Positions 29,404 through 39,571 are shown, numbered from the stretch's first letter. The stretch is 64,000 bases of DNA from Candidatus Latescibacterota bacterium (GCA_965200315.1 OZ241362.1:5295246-5359245); one strand, 5' to 3'. Program-made: numbers and translations. Notes: generated by a model not told the origin, from the sequence alone.

Positions 29404-31098
29404 TCAGCCGAAGGTTGGTGCGCCCGCGCGGTACGTTGCTGCGACCCAAGCGGCGCTTTGGGCGACAGGTGATAGATATACCTCGGCGATGGTGCCTTGG
29501 AAGCGGGCGCTACCCCCGGCGATGTGGCCGATGGTCACGGGGATGGCCGTTTGTTGCAACGGGCGGCCACAAGCGGAGCGCGAAGCTGCGAGTGCGCCGT
29601 CGATGTAGAGCTGGATGCAGGTGCCGTCGTACACTCCGGCGAGGTGATGGACGCCGGGTGCGAGGGTTTGGTGTGCGGCAATGCTGACTGCGCCGCCGGT
29701 GGTGTTGACGATAAAGCTGGGGCCGGGCACGGCCGCGCAAAGCCCGCCGTTGTGTCCTACGTCCGAGTAGCGCAGGGAGAACGCACCGTCTGCCCCGAGG
29801 GTGTCGTAGCGCAGGACGCGGCCGTGGGCGTGGCTGCCGTCGCGGTCGCCGCGCCAGGGAGCCGTGTAGAAGTAGCGGCCATCGAATGCGCCGGCGTTGT
29901 ACGCGGTCGTGTGCAGGCCGTCGGTATAGCTGGCGTCGTGCGTATCCCAAGCGGCTGGGTCGTCGAATGGTGCGGCCGTGTCGTAGCGCAGCCAAGAGCC
30001 GTGAAAGACGCTCTCTCCGGGCGCGGCGGCGCGGGTGAAGGGCACGTAGTATAGGTAGCGTCCGTCGAAGAAACCGCCGTCAAAGCCGCTGTTCTCCACG
30101 GGAACATAGGTGTCCCAGCTTTGCGGGTCGTCAAACGGCGCGGCCGTGTCGTAGCGCAGCATGGTGCTGTTGCCGTAAGAGCAAAAATAGATGTGCCGCC
30201 CGTCGAACACGGCACCGACGTTTAGCTGCATCCCCAAGGGGCGGGCGTCGTATAGGTCCCAGCTTTGCGGGTCGGCGAAATCCCCGGCGACTGCGTAGCG
30301 GAGGACGTGGCCGCTGCTGAGCGGCGCGAAGTAGATGTGCCGCCCGTCGAATGCGGCACCGTCGAAACAGGCCGCCTCTCGGTGGAGTTGTTGGGCGTTG
30401 AAGACGGCGTAGCTCGTGGGGTCCTTCAGGAGCGCACGGGTGTCGTAGCGAAGGATGTGGCCGCTGTGCTCGTCATCCAAACCGCCCGTTGATGCGCGGG
30501 TGTAGCCCGGGCAGCAGTAGAGGTAGCACCCGTCAAAGGCGAGGCCCTGTCCCGAGTGGGGGAGCTGGGCGTCGTGAGCAGCCCAAGCGGCAGGGTCTTT
30601 GAAGTCGGCTTGGGTGTCGTAGCGCAAGAGCCGCGAGTGGTGGACGATGCCGTCGTCGCGGGGGTTGAAGTACGCGTAGCGGCCGTCAAAGGCTCCTCCG
30701 TAGAAGCCCGCGGTGTGCAGGCCGTCGGTATAGCTGGCGTCGTAGGCGGCCCAAGCGGCGGGGTCTTTGAAGTCGGCTTGGGTGTCGAGGCGGAGGACGC
30801 GGCCGTGGACGGACGTGCGCTCATTCCGGTCGCGGATGGGGCAGAAGTATGTGTAGCGGCCATCGAATACCGAGCCGAAGTAGCCTTGGGTCACCAAGCC
30901 GTCGGTGTGGCCGGCGTCGTAGGCGGAGAAGGCGTCGAATGCAGCGCGGGGCTGCCACTGCGAGACGAGCGGCTGCATGGCTTCGGCGCGGGTGGAGGGG
31001 CTTTCGACCCAAGCGGCGACCGTCAGGGCCTTGCCGAGGGAGCAGTCGAGCGCGAAGGGGGTGTTGGAGCGGCTGCGGTATTCGGGGGTTGCGGACAT
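29404..31098 (-). CDS. FDGRY-repeat beta-propeller protein with C-terminal LamG/ConA-like segment
   Basis: About 7 GxxFDGRYxYF.P...LRYDT repeats; HHLAGVYDG..IQLYIDG...F.G.I.EV. Confidence 0.8.
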   Translation of the reverse strand: MSATPEYRSRSNTPFALDCSLGKALTVAAWVESPSTRAEAMQPLVSQWQPRAAFDAFSAYDAGHTDGLVTQGYFGSVFDGRYTYFCPIRDRNERTSVHGRVLRLDTQADFKDPAAWAAYDASYTDGLHTAGFYGGAFDGRYAYFNPRDDGIVHHSRLLRYDTQADFKDPAAWAAHDAQLPHSGQGLAFDGCYLYCCPGYTRASTGGLDDEHSGHILRYDTRALLKDPTSYAVFNAQQLHREAACFDGAAFDGRHIYFAPLSSGHVLRYAVAGDFADPQSWDLYDARPLGMQLNVGAVFDGRHIYFCSYGNSTMLRYDTAAPFDDPQSWDTYVPVENSGFDGGFFDGRYLYYVPFTRAAAPGESVFHGSWLRYDTAAPFDDPAAWDTHDASYTDGLHTTAYNAGAFDGRYFYTAPWRGDRDGSHAHGRVLRYDTLGADGAFSLRYSDVGHNGGLCAAVPGPSFIVNTTGGAVSIAAHQTLAPGVHHLAGVYDGTCIQLYIDGALAASRSACGRPLQQTAIPVTIGHIAGGSARFQGTIAEVYLSPVAQSAAWVAATYRAGAPTFG

Positions 31099-31109
31099 GG
31101 CTTTGTATT

Positions 31110-32201
31110 CTAAGGGAAAACGTGGCGTTCCACCAAGTAGCGCTCGATGCCATCGCGGTCGAGGGTGTAGCCCAAACCCGGTCGGTCGGAGACTAGGAAG
31201 CTGCCTTCTGCGAGGACGAATTCCTCGTTGACCAAGGAGTGCTCCCAGGCGATGGGGCCGACCATGTCGTAGGGCTGGGTCAAATGGGGCATGCAGGCGG
31301 CCACGTGCAGGCCCATAGCGGCACCTGGACCATAGGCCACGGTCTGCGACCAGCCGCCCAGCCCCAGCGCGTGCGCTAGCTGCGAGCGGTGCAAGGTTTC
31401 AAAGTGGCTGGCGCCGCCGACAATGACGTAGTCGAGGGCCTCGGCCTGAAAGCGGCGCAACAGATCGGCCGCGTCGCCGACGTGGTCGCCAATGGGCAGG
31501 TGGATCGTGTGGCGCAGGCGACGCCACTCGGAAAACGTGCCGCCGCGAGTGCCTTTGGCAATGGGGCTTTCGAGCGAGTCGAGGCGATGGCCCTGTAGGC
31601 GGCGGGCCAGCTCTTGGGCCACCCAGACTTCCTCTAAGCGCCAGCGAATATCCGGGCGCACCACCATGTCGGGGACCACGCGGTGGATGGCCTCGATCCG
31701 GTCGGTGATGTAGCGGATGCACTCTTCGGGGGTTTTCTCGCGGCTGGTGATGCACTTCATCTTGTAGGCGCGGAAGCCCTGCTCCCAGCCCCATTGCGCG
31801 TCCTCGGCGGTGTGTTCGGGCGTTTTGTACCCGGTGCATTGGGTCACTGGGATGCGGTCGCGCAACCGCCCGCCCAATAGTTGCCAGATAGGTACGCCCA
31901 AGGCTTGGCCGCGCAAGTCGAGCACGGCCTGCTCAAAAGCGCCTTGCAGGGGGCCGTTGCCCTGCGCCAAGTTGACTTGGAGGACGTCCTGCCCCAGCCA
32001 AGTAGCAAACTGCTGGCGCATGGTGTCCAAGGCGGTAAAACGCCCGATTAGCGTCAGGCCGGTCAAGCCCTGATCGGTCTCGACTTCGGCGACGCCGTGC
32101 TCGGTGCGCTGGTGCAGGGGTTGGCCGTACACATCGTCCGACCACCACCAGTGGCGCTCGGGCACGTTGACGATGTGGAGAATGATGCGGGTAATTTTCA
32201 C
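31110..32201 (-). CDS. Enolase superfamily (mandelate racemase/muconate lactonising) enzyme
   Basis: ETDQGLTG, DLRGQALGVPIWQLLGG, KMK, PGLG. Confidence 0.88.
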   Translation of the reverse strand: MKITRIILHIVNVPERHWWWSDDVYGQPLHQRTEHGVAEVETDQGLTGLTLIGRFTALDTMRQQFATWLGQDVLQVNLAQGNGPLQGAFEQAVLDLRGQALGVPIWQLLGGRLRDRIPVTQCTGYKTPEHTAEDAQWGWEQGFRAYKMKCITSREKTPEECIRYITDRIEAIHRVVPDMVVRPDIRWRLEEVWVAQELARRLQGHRLDSLESPIAKGTRGGTFSEWRRLRHTIHLPIGDHVGDAADLLRRFQAEALDYVIVGGASHFETLHRSQLAHALGLGGWSQTVAYGPGAAMGLHVAACMPHLTQPYDMVGPIAWEHSLVNEEFVLAEGSFLVSDRPGLGYTLDRDGIERYLVERHVFP

Positions 32202-32212
32202 GGGGGCCTCCT

Positions 32213-33469
32213 CTAGGTCCAGATGGGCCAGTCGCGTTCTTGGAGCTTGCGCCAGAGTTTATCGAAGTCCGCGCTGCCGTCGTCTTCGCGCTCGGTGAGG
32301 CGGACGCCGGGGGCGAAGGCTTCGTCAACGCCTTGTTTCATAAGGCGCTCGGCTTGGCGCAGGTTGCGGTAGTAGTGTTTGAGGCCGCCGGGCAGGGTTA
32401 CGACTGAGAGGTGGCGCGGCCATTGCGGCGCGGGCACGTCGCGGTAGCGGGCGATCGCGTCCTCGTCTAGTTCGACCCCTAAACCCGGGCCGGTGGGCAC
32501 CTGCATAAAGCCGCGCTGGACTTGATGCGGCTCGACGATTAGGTCGTCTGCGTACGTGTGATGGGCGGTTACGCCCGGCAGGGTGGCCGTGTGCATGACC
32601 GCGCCGAGGTGGCAGGCGAAGGCCGCGGTCATGCCGGTGCCGACGTATTGCAAGAGGATCGGGGTATTGGCCGCGGCAAAGGCCCAAGAAGCGGCCAGCG
32701 CGTTGCGGATGGTCTCGTGGCTGCAAAGAGCGCCGTCAAAATGGCCAGCGCGCAGCCCGAGCCAGGGGCCGGAAGGCTGGCGCGAAGGGCCGTCGAAGAT
32801 GGTGCTGACGCCGTGCAGGTAGAAGGGAATGCGGATTTCTTGGTGCAGACGCCGCCAGCCCTCGATGTCATAGGCGAAGATCGGCTCTTCGACTCCTTTG
32901 ACTATGGGAATCTGCTCCAACTGGCGCAGGATGGGCAAAGCTCTTTCGACGTTGACGAGTGAGCCGTTGAAGTCGAATTCAATGCGGAAGTCGGGCGGGG
33001 CGGCCTCCTGCATGGCTTGGGCTTGCTCGACCACGTCGTAGAAGGCGCGGGCTTTGCATTTTAGCCCGCGATAGCCGCGGGCGGCGGCTTCTTGCACCTC
33101 GGCGGCCGAGTCCTCGGGCGACATGCTGGGCATCCACCAACCCATGCTCACCCACTCCCGCACCTGTTGGCCCATTAGCTTCCAAGCCGGCAGCCCGAGG
33201 TGTTTGCCCATCAGGTCGTAACAGGCCATGTCGAGGTTGAAGCGCCCGGTGCCCATGACATGATCGAAGGGGTTGGTGCCGAGGTAGGCGTTGAGCAGGC
33301 TCTGCTCAAAGGGCGGGCCGGGGTTTTCGCCCAAGCCCACCAAGCCGGTATCGGTGTGGAATTTGTACACGGTCACCGCTTCGCTCATGCCGAAGTGGTA
33401 GAAGGCCTTGCGGATGCGATCCTCGTAGGGAAGGCGTAGGGGGATGACTTCGATGGCGGTGATTTTCAC
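32213..33469 (-). CDS. Enolase superfamily (mandelate racemase/muconate lactonising) enzyme
   Basis: TDTGLVGLGE, DLMGKHLGLP, KCK, DFN, EEP, GPGLGVE. Confidence 0.9.
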   Translation of the reverse strand: MKITAIEVIPLRLPYEDRIRKAFYHFGMSEAVTVYKFHTDTGLVGLGENPGPPFEQSLLNAYLGTNPFDHVMGTGRFNLDMACYDLMGKHLGLPAWKLMGQQVREWVSMGWWMPSMSPEDSAAEVQEAAARGYRGLKCKARAFYDVVEQAQAMQEAAPPDFRIEFDFNGSLVNVERALPILRQLEQIPIVKGVEEPIFAYDIEGWRRLHQEIRIPFYLHGVSTIFDGPSRQPSGPWLGLRAGHFDGALCSHETIRNALAASWAFAAANTPILLQYVGTGMTAAFACHLGAVMHTATLPGVTAHHTYADDLIVEPHQVQRGFMQVPTGPGLGVELDEDAIARYRDVPAPQWPRHLSVVTLPGGLKHYYRNLRQAERLMKQGVDEAFAPGVRLTEREDDGSADFDKLWRKLQERDWPIWT

Positions 33470-33701
33470 GGCGTGGCTCCTGTCTGCGACGGGACGCTTT
33501 GGGTGCTATTTCGGCCTCCGGTGAAAGTTGGGGGAAGGTACGATTCCTTGACTTCGTACGCAAAAAATCGATGATAAAGGTGGAGGGATTGAAAGGGGCC
33601 TAGCCACGATCAAAACTCAAAGCCGTGGGGTATGTGCTAGATTCCCTAAAACGAGAACTGCGAGCGTTGTCGATGCTGTTGGCGTACCTGAGGAGTAGAT
33701 A

Positions 33702-35654
33702 GTGCGAAAAGTTTGTCTCATGCTTTTGTGTTGGACGACCGCTACGTGGAGCGCCGAGGCTCCGTTTAGTCGGGGCGTCAACCTGACCAATTGGCTGCAA
33801 GCGCCGAGTGTGCAGAACGTGCATTTTGCCAAGTTTGGCCGGGCCGACTTCGCGCAGATTCAACAGCTCGGCTGCGACGTGGTGCGCCTGCCGATCAACC
33901 TGCACGCCATGACCAGCGGCCCGCCGGACTACCGCATCGATCCCTTGCTCTACGTCTTTCTCGATCCGATCGCGGATTGGACCGATGAGTTAGGGCTGCA
34001 TCTGATTTTGGACAACCACTCGTTTGATCCGGCGGAAAGTACAGCACCGGATATTGGCGATGTGTTGGTGCCGGTGTGGACCCAGCTCGCCGCGCACTTT
34101 GCCGCGCATCCGGCCCCGCTCTACTACGAGATCCTCAACGAGCCGCACGGCATTAGCGACGCGGCTTGGAATGCGATCCAACAGCGAGTGATTGACGCGA
34201 TTCGGCAGGTGGATCAGCAGCACGCGATCGTGGTTGGCCCGGCCAATTGGAACAGCTTCCGCAACCTGAACCGGATGCCGGTCTTTGCCGACGACAACCT
34301 CGTGTACACGTTTCACTTCTACGAGCCGTTCGTCTTTACCCACCAAGGCGCTAGCTGGACTAATCCTTCCTTGGTGCCGTTGAGCGGTGTGCCCTTTCCC
34401 TATGAGCGGGCGCGCCTGCCGTCGTTGCCTTCGTTATTGCAGGGCACGTGGGTCGGCACTGCACTGGGCAACTACAGCCGAGAGGGCACCATCGCGCAGG
34501 TGCGCCTGCTGATTGACGAGGCGGCGGCCTTTCAGAAGGATCGCGGCGTACCGCTGTTTTGCGGCGAGTTTGGGGTGTACAGCCCCAACAGCGACCCCAG
34601 AGACCGCGTCTTGTGGTACGGGGTGGTGCGGCAGCACTTGGAGGAGCGGGGCATCGCGTGGACGATTTGGGACTATCGCGGCGGGTTTGGGCTTTTTGAG
34701 CGCGGGTCGGACGAGTTGTTCGAGTTTGACCTGAACGTGCCGCTGCTGGAGGCGTTGGGGCTGAACGCGCCGCCGCAGCGGGATTTTGTGGCCGAGCCAG
34801 ACCAGCAGGGGTTTGCGCTCTACGAAGATTTTATCGGCCCGCATATAGTCGAGTCCAACCACCTCAGTGCAGGCACGGCCGATTACTACGACGAGGCGGT
34901 GCCTGCGGTGGGCCGCTACTGTATGCGCTGGACCGGAGTGCCGCTCTACGGGTTCATTGGCTTTGATTTCAAGCCCTTCAAAGACCTGTCCGCATTGGCT
35001 GCGGCGGGCTATGCGGTCGAGTTCAAGGTGCGGGGAGATACGCCGGGGGCGTCGTTTGACATTCGCTTGGTCGATACGGACACGGACGACCCGGACGACC
35101 GCCCTTGGCGCGTGCGCTACACCATTGACGAGCAAGTGGTGCCGTGGGATGGCGCGTGGCACGCGGTCCGCATTCCCTTGCGCGACTTTGCCGAGCACGG
35201 GGCTTGGGAGAATGAGTGGTTTGAGCCGATCGGCGCGTTCGATTGGCAGGCGGTCGATCGCTTCGACATCGTGGCTGAGCACCACGCCTTAGACGGAATC
35301 CAGTTCTGGTTCGACGAACTACGGATTGTAGGCCCGGTGCTGACGGCTGTGCTCGACGAGGCCGCGTCTCAGCCAGCCGTATTGGCATTGGCCGCGAATT
35401 ATCCCAACCCGTTCAATGCGACGACCGCGATCCGCTACGCGCTGCCGGTTGCCGGGCCGGTGCTCATCGATGTGTACAACATGGCCGGTCAGCGCGTGCG
35501 GACTTTAGTCGATAGGGTCAGCGCAGCCGGATGGCACACCGCGCAGTGGGACGGCATTGACGAGCAGGGCCGGGCCGCAGCCAGCGGCATCTATGTATAT
35601 AGGATGATTGCGGCCGGAACGATACAGGCGGGGAAGATGACGTTGGTGCGCTGA
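33702..35654 (+). CDS. Secreted GH5 glycoside hydrolase with carbohydrate-binding-like domain and FlgD-Ig C-terminus
   Basis: RGVNL, RLP, ILNEP (acid/base), HFY, GEFG (nucleophile); NYPNPFN...WDG.D..G...ASGIY. Confidence 0.93.
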   Translation: MRKVCLMLLCWTTATWSAEAPFSRGVNLTNWLQAPSVQNVHFAKFGRADFAQIQQLGCDVVRLPINLHAMTSGPPDYRIDPLLYVFLDPIADWTDELGLHLILDNHSFDPAESTAPDIGDVLVPVWTQLAAHFAAHPAPLYYEILNEPHGISDAAWNAIQQRVIDAIRQVDQQHAIVVGPANWNSFRNLNRMPVFADDNLVYTFHFYEPFVFTHQGASWTNPSLVPLSGVPFPYERARLPSLPSLLQGTWVGTALGNYSREGTIAQVRLLIDEAAAFQKDRGVPLFCGEFGVYSPNSDPRDRVLWYGVVRQHLEERGIAWTIWDYRGGFGLFERGSDELFEFDLNVPLLEALGLNAPPQRDFVAEPDQQGFALYEDFIGPHIVESNHLSAGTADYYDEAVPAVGRYCMRWTGVPLYGFIGFDFKPFKDLSALAAAGYAVEFKVRGDTPGASFDIRLVDTDTDDPDDRPWRVRYTIDEQVVPWDGAWHAVRIPLRDFAEHGAWENEWFEPIGAFDWQAVDRFDIVAEHHALDGIQFWFDELRIVGPVLTAVLDEAASQPAVLALAANYPNPFNATTAIRYALPVAGPVLIDVYNMAGQRVRTLVDRVSAAGWHTAQWDGIDEQGRAAASGIYVYRMIAAGTIQAGKMTLVR

Positions 35655-35746
35655 AGCTAGCGATTCTGGCCCGCGTTTTGCTTTTGCTTATTGAAAGGGT
35701 GCCCGATGGCGAGTAAATTGAACCTAGTAAGTAGGAGATGACAGGT

Positions 35747-36133
35747 ATGGCAGAACGTTCTCCCCTCGACTATGGCGACCGCATTGGTCGCCTAGAAGGC
35801 ATTATTGAGCAAATCAACGACCGCCTCAGCAACTTAGAGCACCGCTTAGGCAGTGTGAAGAGCAATTTAGAGGGTCGTATCAGCAGTGTAGAGAGCAACT
35901 TAGAGGGTCGTATCAGCAGCGTGGAGAGCAACTTAGGGGGTCGTATCAGCAGTGTAGAGAGCAATTTAGAGGGTCGTATCAGCAGCGTGGAGAGCAACTT
36001 AGGGGGGCGCATAGACCGCTTAGAGAACAGCCACCGGCGGGACTTTCGCTGGCTAATTGGAGCGATGATAGGTATGTGGGCGACGATGATGGGCTTGCTG
36101 TTGACAGTGACCGTTAAGGTTTTTGCGGGCTAG
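35747..36133 (+). CDS. Small coiled-coil repeat protein with C-terminal membrane anchor (DUF1640/Bdr-like)
   Basis: Five 11-aa SSVESNL(E/G)GRI repeats then FRWLIGAMIGMWATMMGLLL; alternative start at 35738. Confidence 0.75.
   Translation: MAERSPLDYGDRIGRLEGIIEQINDRLSNLEHRLGSVKSNLEGRISSVESNLEGRISSVESNLGGRISSVESNLEGRISSVESNLGGRIDRLENSHRRDFRWLIGAMIGMWATMMGLLLTVTVKVFAG
35849..36013 (+). repeat. 33-bp coding tandem repeat x5
   Basis: Unit agcagYgtRgagagcaaYttagRgggtcgtatc; units 2-3 resemble units 4-5. Confidence 0.9.
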
Positions 36134-36225
36134 CCGGATTTGTTACCTCCCCGGGGCAAGCGTTACCTGAGCTCCACAAAATCAAGTCAGGTCGCTGACG
36201 TAGTTCTCGACTCCTATTCAGCACG

Positions 36226-37677
36226 TCAGGCATCGTTGCGCTCTTCAAGCCAGTAGGCGTACAGCCTCGCTTGGTGCAGGTAGAACTTTAGGCGCACTGG
36301 TTTTTCAAATACCAGATCGTGCGAGTGCTTCCACTCGTATTTACCCCGTAGGCTGTCGCCGGTGAAGGGCGGCGGCTCCTCGCCGGGCACCCAAAAGCCG
36401 GGGAGGGGCCGGCCGGTCTCGGCGTCTTGGATCTCGGCGTAGATTTCGCCCCAGCGGGCATCGGCGTTGAGGTAGAGGTCTTGGCCGCGCCAGTGGAAGG
36501 GCCGGGTGACGAGGGTGGCGATTGCGTCGCCATCGATGGAGACGAAGCGGTCGGTCGGCAGCTTGGCCAGGCAAAGCGCACCCGGGTCGGCGAAGTGGCA
36601 CTCTTCTACCCCGAGCCGGAACAGCTCCTTGCAGCGATTGAAGTGCTGGTACATTTCCACGCTGCCCGGCATGCGGAGGGCGTTGTAGTAAATCCAAATC
36701 TCACCGTCTTCGCGCACTAGCGGGGCACCGGCCATGAGGAGCTGGCTGGTGCCGTAGTTTTCCCCGTCCCAAGGTTCGATGCCGATAAAGGGCGTGCGGT
36801 CAGCCACGCGATCCCAAGTGTGCAGATCGCGCGAGACGGCCATTTCGATCTGGTTGATGCGGGTGAAGTTGGTGGCTGGCGGCGGGATGGCGCCGATGGG
36901 ATTGAAAACGGTGGGGAAGCCGATGTACAGCCCCTGATAGGGCATGACGGCCATGTTGTAGATTTCGGCGTGGTAGTCTTGGTCATCGACGATTGGCGGG
37001 GTGATGTACGCGGGGTCGTCAATGAGGGTGCGGACGCGCTGGCGGCAGTTTTCCCAGTCGGTTTCGTCGGCGTGGAAGATGAGCCCGGGCGCGGTGAAGT
37101 GGTCGAAGTCGCGGCTGGTCGCTAGCCAGACCGAGCGGCCCCACTCGGTGGGTTGCTTGACTGTGGCGAGAAATTGCTCTGTGTGGGGGTCGTATGCGAA
37201 CTGGGATTCGTCTTGGCTGGGGATGAAGGAGCTGGGGAGCGGGGTCCAAGCAAAGCCGTCCGGCGAGGTCGCGCCGCCGCGGCCGTCGGGTGCGTTGAAC
37301 AGGGCCTTGTAACGGCGGTTCGGGTCGGAGTCGCGCTCGTCGCGGACGATGTGGTACAGGCCCGGGCCGTTGGGGTCGCAGGCGATGTTGTTGTCTTTGC
37401 TGCCATTCCACTCGTATAGCCCCAAGGAGGGGTGTTCCCAGTGCTCGCCGTCGCGGGAGATGGCCAAGCGGGCTTGCGGTCCGTTGTACCACCATTCGTA
37501 GCGCGCCTCGTCCGGGTTCCACAAAGGTGCGCTGCGGCTCTGGATGCCGCCGGTGATGAGAGGGCCGCACCGTTTGGGCGGATGCAGGGTGCGGGTAGTG
37601 CCTTGCTCGGAGACTAAGGCGCGGCTGTCGAGGAAGAGCTGGCGGTGCTTTTTGGGGTCGATGAGGTCGGTGGACAT
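36226..37677 (-). CDS. Five-bladed beta-propeller glycoside hydrolase-like protein
   Basis: RQLFLD start, SRDGEHW, SPDGFAW, SRDLHTW, IWIYY, LYLNADA. Confidence 0.7.
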   Translation of the reverse strand: MSTDLIDPKKHRQLFLDSRALVSEQGTTRTLHPPKRCGPLITGGIQSRSAPLWNPDEARYEWWYNGPQARLAISRDGEHWEHPSLGLYEWNGSKDNNIACDPNGPGLYHIVRDERDSDPNRRYKALFNAPDGRGGATSPDGFAWTPLPSSFIPSQDESQFAYDPHTEQFLATVKQPTEWGRSVWLATSRDFDHFTAPGLIFHADETDWENCRQRVRTLIDDPAYITPPIVDDQDYHAEIYNMAVMPYQGLYIGFPTVFNPIGAIPPPATNFTRINQIEMAVSRDLHTWDRVADRTPFIGIEPWDGENYGTSQLLMAGAPLVREDGEIWIYYNALRMPGSVEMYQHFNRCKELFRLGVEECHFADPGALCLAKLPTDRFVSIDGDAIATLVTRPFHWRGQDLYLNADARWGEIYAEIQDAETGRPLPGFWVPGEEPPPFTGDSLRGKYEWKHSHDLVFEKPVRLKFYLHQARLYAYWLEERNDA

Positions 37678-37686
37678 GGTTATCAC

Positions 37687-38688
37687 TCATAGCGCAAAGG
37701 GTGGAATGCGGAGGAATGCGCCCCCTTGCCGGGCGGACTCTTGGGCCAACAGACACGCTTGGGCGGTGGCGAACACCGAGCGGGTGGGGATGAAGAGGTC
37801 GGTGCCGCGTTCAATGGCGTCGATGAGGTTGGCGACAAACGCGCCGCTTTGGTCTGGGGGCAGGTCGGGGGTGTACGGGCCGCGCTCGTTGGTGGCGATG
37901 AGCAGGTGGTCGTCGGCATAGGCGCGCAGGTGGGCCGAGCCAGCCGTGCCCATGACGATGAAGCGGGTGTCGCCAAACGAGGGCGCGGCTTGGGGCGTGA
38001 GCCAGTCGGCGGTGAGGGTTGCCAATGAGCCGTCGGATAGCGCGAAGGAAGCCTGCACGTGGTCGTCTAAGCGCGGCTCATCCGCGAACCGCTTGCAGGT
38101 GGCGAGGGCGTGGACGCCGACGCATTCGGCCCCGGTGAGCCAGCGGATTTGATCGACGCCGTGGCAAGCGAGGTCGTGGAACGCGCCCGTGTACTGATTC
38201 GGGTCGAAATACCAAGCTGGGGCTGTGGCGCGGCGGATCTTGTGCGGGTGGGTGGAGATGAGGCTGGCGATGGTCCCGAGCGCGCCGTCGAGGATGGCTT
38301 GGCGCAGGGCGATAAACGGCGGATAGCTGCGCGAGGTGAACCACATGGATACGTGGATTGCGCTGGCGGCTACAGCGCGGCGCATGCGCTCCCAGTCGTC
38401 GAGTGTGCGGCACAGGGGTTTGTCGAGCAGCAGGTGAATGCCCGCGCCGGCGCAGGTTTCTACGAGTGCGGTTTTTTCGTGGTGGATCAAGCCTTCGAGG
38501 ATGAGCTCGGGCCGGGCGCGGTCGATCAGGTCTTCCAAGGTGGCAAAGCGGGGGATGGATGAATAGCGCTCGCAGAGCGCGTTGTCGTCTTCAACTAAGC
38601 CGACGATCTGGCCGTTCGCCGCCTGTAAGGCGGATTGGATCATGCCGCCGATGTGGCCGTAGTGGACGCCCATGATGCCGATGCGCAT
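37687..38688 (-). CDS. Gfo/Idh/MocA oxidoreductase
   Basis: RIGIMG, HLLLDKP, DLACHGVD. Confidence 0.9.
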   Translation of the reverse strand: MRIGIMGVHYGHIGGMIQSALQAANGQIVGLVEDDNALCERYSSIPRFATLEDLIDRARPELILEGLIHHEKTALVETCAGAGIHLLLDKPLCRTLDDWERMRRAVAASAIHVSMWFTSRSYPPFIALRQAILDGALGTIASLISTHPHKIRRATAPAWYFDPNQYTGAFHDLACHGVDQIRWLTGAECVGVHALATCKRFADEPRLDDHVQASFALSDGSLATLTADWLTPQAAPSFGDTRFIVMGTAGSAHLRAYADDHLLIATNERGPYTPDLPPDQSGAFVANLIDAIERGTDLFIPTRSVFATAQACLLAQESARQGGAFLRIPPFAL

Positions 38689-39160
38689 GATGAATTCTCC
38701 GGGTGAGGTGTACGCGGGAAAATAAGACGCGGCGGATTCATGCGCTACGGCTGCTTACGTATATTCAGGCACCAGAAAGGAGCCGAACCATGTCTGATTG
38801 GCTTACTACGAGATTGCCGAATGTTCCACCGTTTGCTCCGCCTCTGCCCGGTTTAGCCAGCTTCCAGTGGTGGGCCGTACTGCCGCGCCGTCGACATCGC
38901 ACCAGTAGATGGCACGATCACGCTGGGATGTATCTCAAGGCTGCATACTTGGCGGCGGGGAATGAGCGCGACAATCTGTTTTGGGGGAGGATTCACAAGG
39001 AGTAGGGATTGCTTCTCAAAGGGCAGCATGTAGCGACTCTGATAAGTGGCCCTCGGACGTCTAGCCGGCACGTGCTGCACGTGCTGCATTGGGATGGCAG
39101 ACCTCCCATGCCTAACGGCCAGTGAGTTACTGTCGTGTACTTAGGCTCGAAAAATTTTTC

Positions 39161-39188
39161 TTGACACGTTATTTTTATGGCGTACTGT
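39161..39188 (+). promoter_or_regulatory. Putative sigma70 promoter upstream of the dynamin operon
   Basis: TTGACA (39161-39166), 16 bp, TACTGT; A/T tract upstream. Confidence 0.45.
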
Positions 39189-39357
39189 AAGCGGTGCTTT
39201 TGCGGCATGTTCTGTGTCGCCGGTTTGGAGAACAAACGAGAACATGGTTGAGCATTCCATATCAGAAAGAGGTCTTGCTGCGATGACCGGGCTCTATCAG
39301 GGGCTTGGAGTCGCCGCCTCTTCAATGTTGCATAAATTGTTAAAAAACAACATCTTA

Positions 39358-39371
39358 CCCCCCCCCCCCCC
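39358..39371 (+). repeat. C14 homopolymer
   Basis: catctta-C14-gatttttct in the leader of the dynamin operon. Confidence 0.9.
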
Positions 39372-39571
39372 GATTTTTCTGGATCACTAAGCACTAACAT
39401 TCTCTACTCTCAGCACGGGCCGACGGATCGCGTTAGGACACTGCGATTCGTGCTGGCCTTCGTCCGTACGGCCGTCGCCGTAGTCCGCCATGGGAGCAAA
39501 GCGGGTAGAGCAGTGAGAAAATCAAGAGGTTCGGCCATCAGTTCTAACTTGCACAAAGGAGGATACGGAAC

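Noticed and set aside
35849-36013. 33-bp repeats as a CRISPR array
   Set aside because: Head-to-tail with no unique spacers, and in frame within a protein.
38703-39005. Short ORF or fragment left of the dynamin island
   Set aside because: Has an RBS-like site before 38790 but no recognisable family; cannot support a call.
39068-39088. gcacgtgct tandem palindrome
   Set aside because: Only about two units; could be an operator, but no regulator or second site supports it.
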